NCBI GenBank assembly: GCA_963835985.1
Contig: CAWIHV010000001.1
Span: forward strand, 953,524-1,017,523
From: an uncultured Actinomycetes bacterium
GTDB taxonomy: Bacteria > Actinomycetota > Acidimicrobiia > IMCC26256 > DASPTH01
Length of the DNA: 64,000 bases
Reading direction: 5' to 3'
Shown: piece by piece, positions 1 through 9,003 of the stretch
How positions within the stretch are numbered: the stretch's first letter is position 1
Layout of the letters: every line of letters begins with the position of its first letter
Position numbers and translations under genes: made by a program
The notes under the pieces: generated by a model
What the model was told of the DNA's origin: nothing
Databases searched by the model: none
Seen by the model: only the letters and a program-made list of their open reading frames with translations

Positions 1-273
1 GGTCATCCGAACATGACGACGACGGCACTCGGAGCCACGTGGCTGAAGAACGTCAGCGAACCGGTCGAGCTGTACTCGATCGCCGAGCACGGAGCCAGCT
101 CGTCGTCGCAGGTCCTCGATCCCGTCTGCCGGATGTTCGTCGACGCTGACGCAGCTCCCGCACACCTGCCATGGAGCGGACAGGCGTGGCACTTCTGCTC
201 GTTCGAGTGCGCACGAGCATTCATCCAAGAGCCGGATCGCTACGCCGGCCCTCGACGACTCGGAGATGTGTAG
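1..273 (+). CDS. C-terminal part of a class III nucleotide cyclase-like protein with YHS/TRASH domain (5' end outside window)
   Basis: Open frame from base 1. LGATWLKNVSEPVELY resembles the cyclase C-terminal 'LKG/N..EP..LY' strand. DPVCRM..HFCSFECARAF..EPDRY is a YHS motif. Confidence 0.7.
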   Translation, partial: GHPNMTTTALGATWLKNVSEPVELYSIAEHGASSSSQVLDPVCRMFVDADAAPAHLPWSGQAWHFCSFECARAFIQEPDRYAGPRRLGDV

Positions 274-276
274 CCG

Positions 277-711
277 GTGATCGAAGCAGTCTCGTCCAAC
301 CGTGTACCCATCGTGAAGACGCCGGTTTTTTGGGGTCTCGTGTTCGGCGTCGCCAATGTCGTGGTGCCATTCGGCTTCTGGTGGTTGGACCTCGCGACGA
401 TCCACGCCCTCACCATCACGCTGATCGCCGCGGTCTACATCGGCTTCGCAGTCGGCGATGGCAGACCCAAGGTCATCGCCGTCGAGACGTGCGTGGCGGG
501 CGCCTTCCTCGTCCTCGCCGCCGTCGGCGTCGTCGAGACCGCCTGGATCCTCGTCATCGCCTACTTCGCGGATGGCGCAAAGGACCTCTGGCAGCACCGC
601 ACCCACTTCGTGGCCAACACGCGGTGGTGGCCACCCTTCTGTGCGAGCGTCGATTTTCTCGTCGCCGCCGTCCTCGCCGTCATGATCGCGACCGGAGTCG
701 ACTTCCACTGA
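277..711 (+). CDS. Hypothetical membrane protein (4-5 TM)
   Basis: 144-aa hydrophobic ORF, 3 nt after the previous stop, ending in a WWPPFC..VD motif. Confidence 0.7.
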   Translation: MIEAVSSNRVPIVKTPVFWGLVFGVANVVVPFGFWWLDLATIHALTITLIAAVYIGFAVGDGRPKVIAVETCVAGAFLVLAAVGVVETAWILVIAYFADGAKDLWQHRTHFVANTRWWPPFCASVDFLVAAVLAVMIATGVDFH

Positions 712-799
712 CCGTGCCCGCTGGGTACTGGCTCGCCTTCCGCCAAGTACGACCGTGAGACGAGTGCAACGTTCGGCGTGGACCCGTCGATCTACGCGG

Positions 800-2473
800 T
801 CAACCTGTCGCCGTTGTGGAGTCCAAGTAGTCGTGGACGAATCGGATGCACACGGCTCCTTCTCCGGCCGCTGATGCGACACGTTTCGTCGCACCTCGAC
901 GGACGTCACCAACCGCGAACACGCCAGGCATCGTGGTCTCGAAGAGCATGGGAGGCCGTCCGCCGGGGTGAGCGGTATTGCACTGGCAGTCCCCGCCCGT
1001 TGCGACGTAGCCCCATGCGTCGCGCTGAATCGACGGGGGAAGCCAGTCGGTGTGGGCATCGGCGCCGATGAGCACGAACAACGCCGCGGTGTCGAGCCTT
1101 TCGACGTCACCAGTTGCGCGGTCACGCACCTCGATCCACTCGAGGTGACCTTCGCCGCCGCCACCGATGATCTCAGTGTGATATCGGAGTTCGATGTTCG
1201 ACGTTCGCTCGATGGCCTTGATGAGATAAGACGACATGCTCGCCGCGAGCGAGCCGGAGCGGACGATGACCGTGACGGACTTCGCGAACTGGGCCAAGTA
1301 GAGCGCGGCTTGGCCAGCCGAGTTGCCGCCCCCGACGACGCACGCGTGGGATCCGTCGAGTGTGCGGGCTTCGGCGAGCGCGGAGCCGTAGTGGACGCCC
1401 ACACCATGGAGTGCTTCGAGCGATGGCACTTCGATCGTGCGGTAGGCGACTCCGGTCGCGATGACGACTGCTCGGGCCGGAATGGCCCTGCCGTCCGCCA
1501 GCGCAACGACGCGGAGATCGCCCTCGAGGCGGATGTCGGCGACATCGCCTCCGTACACCATCTCCGTACCGAAGAGGACAGCTTGGTCGAAGGCGCGGGT
1601 TGCAAGCTCTGCACCTGACACACCGCGCGGGAACCCCAGGTAGTTGCGGATCATCGAGCTCGTACCTGCCTGGCCGCCCATCGAGGTCCGCTCGACCAGC
1701 GCGACCCGAAGCCCTTCTGAACCGGCGGTCAGAGCCGCTGCAAGTCCGGCGGGGCCGCCCCCGATCACGACAACGTCGTAGATCCCTTCACCGGGCTGCG
1801 TGCGTGCACCCAACGCTCGAGCGATCTCGAGATCGCTGGGGTCAATGAGGGGCGCCAGGCCTTGGATCAACACAAGACGTCTCGGCGCCGAGCCAAGGCC
1901 GAGTTGCTCAATGGCGGCCCGGCCAGCCGCAGAACGGCTGTCATGGAACACGTAGGGGAACTCGTGCCGATGTAGTAGATCCAAGGTCTCGTGAATGTCT
2001 GGCGAGTGCTCATCGCCGATCACCTGGACCACGTCGGAGGGCCGCGCTCTCAGCCGCCACCACTCGTCGAGAAACTCAGTGATTGCACGATGGAATCGCT
2101 CGTCCGGCACAACCGTCGGAATCGTGACGAAGTACTCCGCCTCGCCACGCGCCAATGCCCCGACGACCTCCTCCCTGGCCGAGCGGTGTTCGTTCCAACC
2201 GATCAGCAACGCCCGCTTCGCGTGCGGATGACGGCCGCGAGCCGCCGTCAGCACAGGTATGCCCCGCTCCCGGCCGGCGAGGATCAGAGCGACCCCGTCG
2301 TCCTCCTCCACCTCGAGGTGGTTCAACGCTTCTTCGTTCGAGGTGACGACGACGACGTCATAATGGCGGCCGTAGCGACCCTCCAGCTCGTCCTCGAGCA
2401 TCTGCTGCGTCGCGGTCTCGTCGACCACGACGAGGATGCTCGGGCGCGGTGCGGCACCTGTGTGGTTGTTCAT
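800..2473 (-). CDS. Receiver-like domain fused to thioredoxin-reductase-like FAD oxidoreductase
   Basis: N-terminal ILVVVDE receiver-like fold. GGGPAGLAAA, GGQAGTSSMIRNYLGFP, VGGGNSAGQAA and GVFAVGDVR..KRVASAAGEG are TrxB-family motifs. Confidence 0.9.
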   Translation of the reverse strand: MNNHTGAAPRPSILVVVDETATQQMLEDELEGRYGRHYDVVVVTSNEEALNHLEVEEDDGVALILAGRERGIPVLTAARGRHPHAKRALLIGWNEHRSAREEVVGALARGEAEYFVTIPTVVPDERFHRAITEFLDEWWRLRARPSDVVQVIGDEHSPDIHETLDLLHRHEFPYVFHDSRSAAGRAAIEQLGLGSAPRRLVLIQGLAPLIDPSDLEIARALGARTQPGEGIYDVVVIGGGPAGLAAALTAGSEGLRVALVERTSMGGQAGTSSMIRNYLGFPRGVSGAELATRAFDQAVLFGTEMVYGGDVADIRLEGDLRVVALADGRAIPARAVVIATGVAYRTIEVPSLEALHGVGVHYGSALAEARTLDGSHACVVGGGNSAGQAALYLAQFAKSVTVIVRSGSLAASMSSYLIKAIERTSNIELRYHTEIIGGGGEGHLEWIEVRDRATGDVERLDTAALFVLIGADAHTDWLPPSIQRDAWGYVATGGDCQCNTAHPGGRPPMLFETTMPGVFAVGDVRRGATKRVASAAGEGAVCIRFVHDYLDSTTATG

Positions 2474-2754
2474 TGCGACCCCATATCGCGCTTCTACGAT
2501 TCTGGACGAACATCATCGCGCTCCTCAGCGCTCCGCCATCTCGTGTGCGCCAGGCACACTTCGATTCGTGAGCTCGACTGGATATCGGCGACGCGCTCGA
2601 GCAGGGGCACGCCGCGACGTTTGGCGATTTGCTTGCGAGTTGCACGTCTCTCCGCACCTCGATTGAGAGCCTGCCGGAGCGGGTAGGCACGCAGCTGCCG
2701 GGACCTTGCATCGGGCCATGAGCGCCTACCGCGCATCTACCGGAGGAATTGCAC

Positions 2755-3402
2755 ATGGACATCGCATTGGCGCTGTATCCGCACTTCACGATGCTCGACA
2801 CCGTTGGCCCATTCCAGGTCTTGGCCGACGTGCCTGGGCACGAAATCGCATTCGTTGCCACCGAGGCCGGCTTTGTCACGGATCACACCGGCCGCGCAGG
2901 CCTCGTTGCGACACGCTCGTTTCGGGAGGCCGCGGCACCTGACGTCGTCGTTGTACCCGGTGGCTTCGGCGACGCCGAGCTGCAAGGCGAACTCGTCCAA
3001 TGGTTGCGTGATGTGCATCCTCAGACGACGTGGACGACGAGCGTTTGCACCGGATCCGTCTACCTTGCTGCGGCCGGAATCCTCAAGGGGATGGACGCAA
3101 CGACTCACTGGGCCCGTAAGGCAGCGCTCGAAGAGCTTGGCGCGCACTACATCGCTGAACGTGTGGTCGAGCGCGGGAAAGTGATCACCGCTGCCGGCGT
3201 GTCGAGCGGTATCGACATGGCGCTCACTTTGCTCGCCCGGATGTACGACGCGGAGACGGCGCAGCGGATCCAGCTCGCAATCGAGTATGACCCGCATCCT
3301 CCATTCAATGCCGGCTCGCCCGCAACAGCACCTCCGGAGATCGTGGACTTCCTCCAGCAGGTGATGGGTCCGGGACCGGCGCTCACTCAGGCCGCGACGT
3401 AA
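2755..3402 (+). CDS. DJ-1/PfpI family protein (isonitrile hydratase-like)
   Basis: SVCTGS nucleophile motif, ATTHW, TAAGVSSGID, QLAIEYDPHPPF; GGAGG RBS at about 2742. Confidence 0.9.
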   Translation: MDIALALYPHFTMLDTVGPFQVLADVPGHEIAFVATEAGFVTDHTGRAGLVATRSFREAAAPDVVVVPGGFGDAELQGELVQWLRDVHPQTTWTTSVCTGSVYLAAAGILKGMDATTHWARKAALEELGAHYIAERVVERGKVITAAGVSSGIDMALTLLARMYDAETAQRIQLAIEYDPHPPFNAGSPATAPPEIVDFLQQVMGPGPALTQAAT

Positions 3403-3458
3403 GAGCGAGGCGGGAGCACGAACATTGAGCAACTGTGCATCCCGAAAGGTGCGATGAG

Positions 3459-4190
3459 ATGGCCGGCGCTGCTGTTTCGAGAGGCACGATCATCAATCGT
3501 CAATCGCTCCGCGTCTCCTCGATTCTGCTGTTCGTCGGTCAACTGCTGTACATCGTCGTCACGCAGTTTCACGCCGATGGCAGCGCAAACGAGCACCGGT
3601 CGGTGTTCAGCGAATACGCGGACAGCACAAGCTGGAAGGGCGTGCACGTTGCACAGTTCGCCAGCGCCGCTGTTCTGCTCGTGGGCCTGGTCGCGCTGCA
3701 CTACGCGCTGGACGGTCAGGGTGGGGCGACGAGGTGGCTGGGCCGGTTCGGTGCCGCGTCCGCAGTGGTGGCGTTGGCGTTGTACGGCATGCTCCAAGCT
3801 GTGGATGGCGTCGGGAACAAGCAAGTCGATGCCGCATGGGTGGACGCCCAGAACGCCGACAAGCCCGGCGCGCTTTGCCAGCGCCGAGGCAATGCGTTGG
3901 CTCGAATGGGGGCCCGCAGCTACTTCGACTTCGCACTCGGCCTCGCATTGATCCTCCTCGCGATTGCAATCGCGCTCACCACAAGGATCCCTCGGCCGAT
4001 CAGCTACCTGATGGGACTCTCTGGCGTTGCCTACTTTGCGCAGGGAGGGGTGGTCGGCTCCGAGGGTTTCTCCGGAGCGCACGACACTCTGATTGTGGTC
4101 GTGTGGGTCCTGAGCAGCGTGTGGATCGTATGGCTACTCATATTCGCCGTTCGTCTGCACGATCCACGGCCCCTCGAAGTGACGGCATGA
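3459..4190 (+). CDS. Membrane protein (DUF4386-like) with a short compensating frameshift pair at about 3866-3913
   Basis: Multi-TM ORF. The alternate frame reads ARFASAEAMRWLEWG between two homopolymer runs, which fits better than the annotated frame. Confidence 0.7.
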   Translation: MAGAAVSRGTIINRQSLRVSSILLFVGQLLYIVVTQFHADGSANEHRSVFSEYADSTSWKGVHVAQFASAAVLLVGLVALHYALDGQGGATRWLGRFGAASAVVALALYGMLQAVDGVGNKQVDAAWVDAQNADKPGALCQRRGNALARMGARSYFDFALGLALILLAIAIALTTRIPRPISYLMGLSGVAYFAQGGVVGSEGFSGAHDTLIVVVWVLSSVWIVWLLIFAVRLHDPRPLEVTA

Positions 4191-4405
4191 ACAGCATGCG
4201 ATCATGGGGTTCGCTTGATGCCTGCTATCAGCGCGGTTGCAGGTCACCGGTATCCACGCGCGTGCGCCCGGGGGTATGCGCAGGTGCGGCACCAAGTCGA
4301 CTCTGTCGGCCATCTCTTTGACCTGCGCCCTTCGCCGTTTCACCGACCCATGAGCGCAAGGCACCAACGACGGCCACGCCAAGCGCGGATGCTGAGGCCG
4401 ATCAC

Positions 4406-5383
4406 TTGGGGGCAACGTTGAAGGCGATTCTGCAAGACGTCTACGGGCCGCCAGAGGTCCTTCACTTTGGCGACGCTGAGCCACCTGCTCTCGCATCGAG
4501 CGAGGTGCTCGTGCAGGTTCGTGCAGCCGGGGTCGATCGGGGCACTGCGCATCTCATGAGGGGGCAGCCGTATCTGATGCGGGTGCTCGGATTCGGGTTG
4601 CGTGGGCCGAAGAATCCCGTACCCGGGCGCGACGTCGTGGGGACGGTGGTCGAGGTCGGCTCGGGCGTGACCGAGTTCCGAATCGGTGATGAGGTGTTCG
4701 GCATCTCCAAGGGCTCGTTTGCGGAGTATGCGGCCGCTCCGGCGGACAAGCTCGTCCGGAAGCCAACTCATCTCACATTCGAACAAGCCGCGGTTGTTCC
4801 GGTGTCCGCCACCACAGCCATGCAAGGCCTGCGTGATGTAGGCCGCGTGAAGGCGGGTCAACGAGTGCTGATCGTTGGTGCGTCAGGCGGTGTCGGCACC
4901 TACGCCGTGCAACTCGCGAAGGCGTTCGGAGCCTGGGTCACAGGCGTGTGCAGTACGGCCAAGGTCGATCTCGTGCGCTCGCTTGGCGCTGATGAGGTGA
5001 TCGATTACACCCGAGAGGACTTCGTGGACGGTGTGCGGCGCTTTGATCTGATCCTCGATATCGGAGGTAATACCCGCGTATCGTGCTTGCGACGGGCACT
5101 CACGCCGAAGGGGACTCTCGTCATCGTCGGCGGCGAAGGCGGAAAGTGGACGGGGATCGGCAGGCAGATTGGCGCAGTTGCGCTCTCGCCGCTCGTCCCT
5201 CAACGGCTCGCGATGTTCGTCAACAAGGAACGGCATGACGACCTCGACGCGGTGCGCCACCTCATCGAGACCGGTCAAGTGACTCCGATCGTCGACCGTA
5301 CGTTCTCACTTGAAGAGGTACCCGACGCCTTGCGTCACCTCGAAGCCGGAGAGGCACGAGGCAAGATCGCGATCTCGATCTGA
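4406..5383 (+). CDS. NAD(P)-dependent MDR-family oxidoreductase (quinone oxidoreductase/alcohol dehydrogenase-like)
   Basis: YGPPEVL, GRDVVGTV, GASGGVGTYAVQLAK, GKIAI; lacks catalytic Zn ligands. Confidence 0.9.
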   Translation: MGATLKAILQDVYGPPEVLHFGDAEPPALASSEVLVQVRAAGVDRGTAHLMRGQPYLMRVLGFGLRGPKNPVPGRDVVGTVVEVGSGVTEFRIGDEVFGISKGSFAEYAAAPADKLVRKPTHLTFEQAAVVPVSATTAMQGLRDVGRVKAGQRVLIVGASGGVGTYAVQLAKAFGAWVTGVCSTAKVDLVRSLGADEVIDYTREDFVDGVRRFDLILDIGGNTRVSCLRRALTPKGTLVIVGGEGGKWTGIGRQIGAVALSPLVPQRLAMFVNKERHDDLDAVRHLIETGQVTPIVDRTFSLEEVPDALRHLEAGEARGKIAISI

Positions 5384-5504
5384 CAGCTCGACAAATTTGC
5401 CCGCTGTCCGTCGTTCCGGGGACGCTGTGCGCAAACGCGGAGGCGGGCGCTCGACTCCCGGAATTTGATTCGCAGCGCAACGGCTCGAGTTGGCCCGGCT
5501 CTGG

Positions 5505-5600
5505 AAACTCGGACCGCCGAATCACCGAACCGCTACTACCGCCGACACTCGGGCAAGCTCGTTCAAGTCGACATCACGAAACTGGGCCGTTTCACGCGCC
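5505..5600 (+). mobile_element. IS481-family transposase remnant
   Basis: Translation PNRYYRRHSGKLVQVDITKLGRF is a degenerate match to the IS481 motif RYER..PGELVHVDVKKLGRI; no intact ORF. Confidence 0.6.
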
Positions 5601-6093
5601 CGCTCATCGAAGTGTCGGCAAGTCGCCTCGATTCGGCGGCGCCGCACGGTAACCCCGAGGGGCGACGCCCTCGTCGGGCAAGGATTCCGGGTCGGTGGCG
5701 TGCTTCACCCACACCATCTCGATGTCCGCGAGTGAGCTGGACTTGAGCTGTTGCGCTTTACGGGCAGCCAGACCGTGTCGCCGAAACCGGCGACGGTGAT
5801 TGCGCGCTGGGGCTTGTGCACCCGCGCTTCGACCCGCAATCTCGGCTTCGTGGTCCCTCGCCTCCCGCAGGGGGCGGTACCCGGTAGACAGACGTTGTTG
5901 ACGATCGCGAAGTATCGACTGGATGTGCGGTCGAGTGCGGGCGCATTGTTTCGCCGTGTGCGTCCGAAGGGGCCGTGCCGGTCTCTGACGGTGATCGCCA
6001 TGGGCGGATCGTAATCACAGGGTGCGACGCTCTTTAGGCGGAACTTAGGTAATCGGATAGCGCGCTTGACCGCTCGCTGGCCTACGAACGTTG

Positions 6094-6177
6094 TGCGAGC
6101 GGGGAGACTCGAACTCCCACGTCCTTGCGGACACCAGGACCTAAACCTGGCGCGTCTGCCGGTTCCGCCACGCTCGC
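6094..6177 (-). tRNA. tRNA-Leu (anticodon TAG)
   Basis: GCGAGCG acceptor stem, D-arm TGGCGGAACCGGCAGACGC, anticodon arm CCAGG-TTTAGGT-CCTGG, long variable arm, T-loop GTTCGAGTC; CCA not encoded. Confidence 0.97.
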
Positions 6178-6306
6178 GTGGCACCCAGTCTCGCATGGCC
6201 AGTGGACAGGCCGACGCGGGTTGGGGACCTTGGCCCCTATCGGGACGATCGTCGCGCGACGGATGGTGTGGGCGCATATGAACAGGATGAGCGAGGCGAC
6301 GACGCG

Positions 6307-6504
6307 ATGAGAGTCTGGATCGACCAGGACCTGTGCACGGGCGATGCCCAGTGTGCGGACATCTGTCCCGAGGTCTTCGTGATGTACGAGGACGGGGGCC
6401 GGTATCTGGCGGCGATCACGCACCCCGAGGTGGACCCAGCGTTGGAGTCAGCCGTGCTCGAGGCCGTCGAGGACTGCCCAGGGGAGTGCATCTTCGTCGA
6501 GTGA
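6307..6504 (+). CDS. Ferredoxin (mono-cluster 3Fe-4S/4Fe-4S)
   Basis: MRVWIDQDLCTGDAQCADICPEVF...EAVEDCPGECI. Confidence 0.92.
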   Translation: MRVWIDQDLCTGDAQCADICPEVFVMYEDGGRYLAAITHPEVDPALESAVLEAVEDCPGECIFVE

Positions 6505-6588
6505 CGCGGCGGGCGACACGCACTCGCACCGTCCCGGGATCCTTCGATACCCTAACCATGTGGCCATCGAACGATGTGGCAGTGAAGG

Positions 6589-7020
6589 ATGAGCCGATCG
6601 CGGACGATCACGGGTGCGGCGCGGGCGGTTGCTCGGCTCGCCAAGCAGGTCGAGGTGGCGCTCGCGCCGCTCGACCTCTCGTTGCCGCAGTACCGGGTGC
6701 TGGCCTTGCTGGGCGAGGGTTCGACCGCGTCGTCGGTGCTCGCCCGCCGACTCGCGGTCAGCCCTCCCTCGGTCACCGCGGTGGTCGACGGTCTGGTCGG
6801 TCGGGGGCTGGTCGAGCGCCAACCCGACCCCGAGGATCGGCGCCGGCTCACCCTGCTCCTCACCCGCGACGGCGCCAAGCTCCTCGCCGCCGCCGACGCC
6901 GCCGCTGAAGCGCGCCTCGACGAGATCGCGACCTTCTTCGACGACACTCCAACCGGTCTCGACGGCTGGAACCTCGCGCTCGACCGCAACCGCGAGGCAC
7001 GCTTGGAGCAGGACAAGTGA
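6589..7020 (+). CDS. MarR family transcriptional regulator
   Basis: LSLPQYRVL..SVTAVVDGLVGRGLVERQPDPEDRR wHTH. Confidence 0.92.
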   Translation: MSRSRTITGAARAVARLAKQVEVALAPLDLSLPQYRVLALLGEGSTASSVLARRLAVSPPSVTAVVDGLVGRGLVERQPDPEDRRRLTLLLTRDGAKLLAAADAAAEARLDEIATFFDDTPTGLDGWNLALDRNREARLEQDK

Positions 7021-9003
7021 CGATCGAGATGGGCGCGTTCGGCGCCGACGTCACGTCGCCGTTCGTGCCCGTCGGCGTCACGCCGCACTACCCGCCGCCG
7101 CGCGCGCGACATTGCGCCGGCGAGCCCGGGCGACCAGGGCGACGAGGACGGCGGCACCAAGAGCCGTTCGTGGATCCGGCGCATGATGCCGATCGTCCTC
7201 GCGCACAAGTGGATGTTCGGGTTCTCGCTGCTCGCGTCGTTCATCGGGCTCACGGTCCAGGTGCAGATCCCCAACGAGGTCGGCCAGGCGATCGACGCGC
7301 TCGGGAAGAACACCGGCCAGTCGCTCGAGCACTTCGTGACCATCATCGTGGTGCTCGCTGCGATCCGCTTCGTGCTCACGTACTTCTCGCGCAACTACCT
7401 GCTCAAGACCGCGTACCGCATCGAGTACGACCTGCGGAACATCATGTACGAGCACTTGAGCCGCATGTCGTTCTCGTTCTACGACCGCGTGCAGTCGGGA
7501 CAGCTGATCTCCCGCGCCAACTCCGACATCCGCTCGGTGCAGATGTACCTCACGTTCGCGCCGTCGATCCTGGTGCAGTGCAGCGTCGCGTTGCTCGCGT
7601 TCGCGGAGATGCTTTCCATCAACGTGCCGCTGGCGTTGGTGACGATGTCGACGATGCCGTTCGTCTACATCGTCGGTGTGCGCATGCGAAAGCAGATGTT
7701 CCCGGTGTCGTGGCTCATCCAGTCGCGCCTGGCCGACGTCGCGACCGTCGTCGACGAGAACATCAACGGGGTCCGCGTGGTGAAGTCGTTCGCGGCGGAA
7801 GACCAGCAGGTGCAGCACCTCACCGGCGCGGCAATGCGGGCCGAGTGGGCCAACGTCAAGGATGCCGACATCCGGGCGAAGTGGTCGCCGCTGCTCGAGA
7901 ACCTGCCCCGCCTCGGGCAGGCGATCGTCCTGTTCTACGGCGGCTACCTCGCGATCAACGGTCAGGCTTCGGTCGGCGACATCATCGCGTTCAACGCCTA
8001 CGTGCTGATGCTGCAACCGCCGTTCCGCCAGCTGGGGATGATCCTCATGATGGGCCAGCGCGCATCGGCGTCGGCCCAGCGCATCTATGAGGTGCTCGAC
8101 GAGCAGCCCGATGTCGTCGACCGGCCCGGCGCGGTCGACCTGGTCGAGTGTCGCGGCGACGTGCACTTCGACGACGTGTCGTTCGGCTACGCCTCGTCGA
8201 CGGGGAGCGGCGGCACGCCGGTGCTCGACGAGTTCGAGCTCCACGTCCGCCCGGGCGAGACGGTCGCGCTGGTCGGGCGCACGGGCAGCGGCAAGTCGAC
8301 GGCGTCACGACTGCTGGCGCGCTTCTACGACGTGTCGGGTGGCGCGGTGCGCGTCGACGGTCACGACGTGCGCGACCTGACGTTGCCCAGCTTGCGTCAC
8401 CACATCGGCATGGTCCTCGACGAGCCATTCCTCTTCTCGGTGTCGATCCGCGACAACATCGCCTACGGCAAACCCGACGCGTCGCTCGACGAGGTACGTG
8501 CTGCCGCGGTCGCCGCCGGTGCCGACGAGTTCGTGCAGGCGCTCCCCGAGGGCTACGACACCGTGGTGGGGGAGCGGGGCTTCACCCTCTCCGGTGGGCA
8601 GCGCCAACGACTCTCGATCGCGCGCACGCTGCTCGTCAACCCGCCGATCTTGGTGCTCGACGACGCGACGTCGGCGATCGACGTGCAGATCGAGCAGCAG
8701 ATCCACGAGGCGCTGCGCGAGCTCATGGTCGACCGGACCACGTTGATCATCGCCCACCGGCTCTCGACCATCAGCCTGGCCGATCGGGTCGCGGTGGTGG
8801 AGGGCGGCCGGATCATCGCCCAGGGCACGCACGCCGAGCTCCTCGCCACCGAGCCGCGCTACGCCGAGATCCTCGCCCAGAGCGACCCCGACGCCGCCGG
8901 CGAGGAGATCGAGCCCGTCGATCTCGAGACGGTGGTCGCGAGCGACGTCGAACGCTCCCGCGTCCTCGACGCCGACATCGCCGAGATGCGGGACGTCGAC
9001 TGA
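7017..9003 (+). CDS. ABC exporter, fused permease/ATPase (subunit 1); probable frameshift near 7110-7130
   Basis: TMD plus GRTGSGKS, LSGGQRQR, LVLDD, IAHR. GTG start overlaps the MarR stop; main frame is 7183-9003. Confidence 0.92.

Noticed and set aside
8148-9002. N-terminal extensions of ORFs 8148-10994, 18375-20468 and 59478-61397
   Set aside because: They overlap real genes in other frames; true starts are at 9003, 18897 and 59748.
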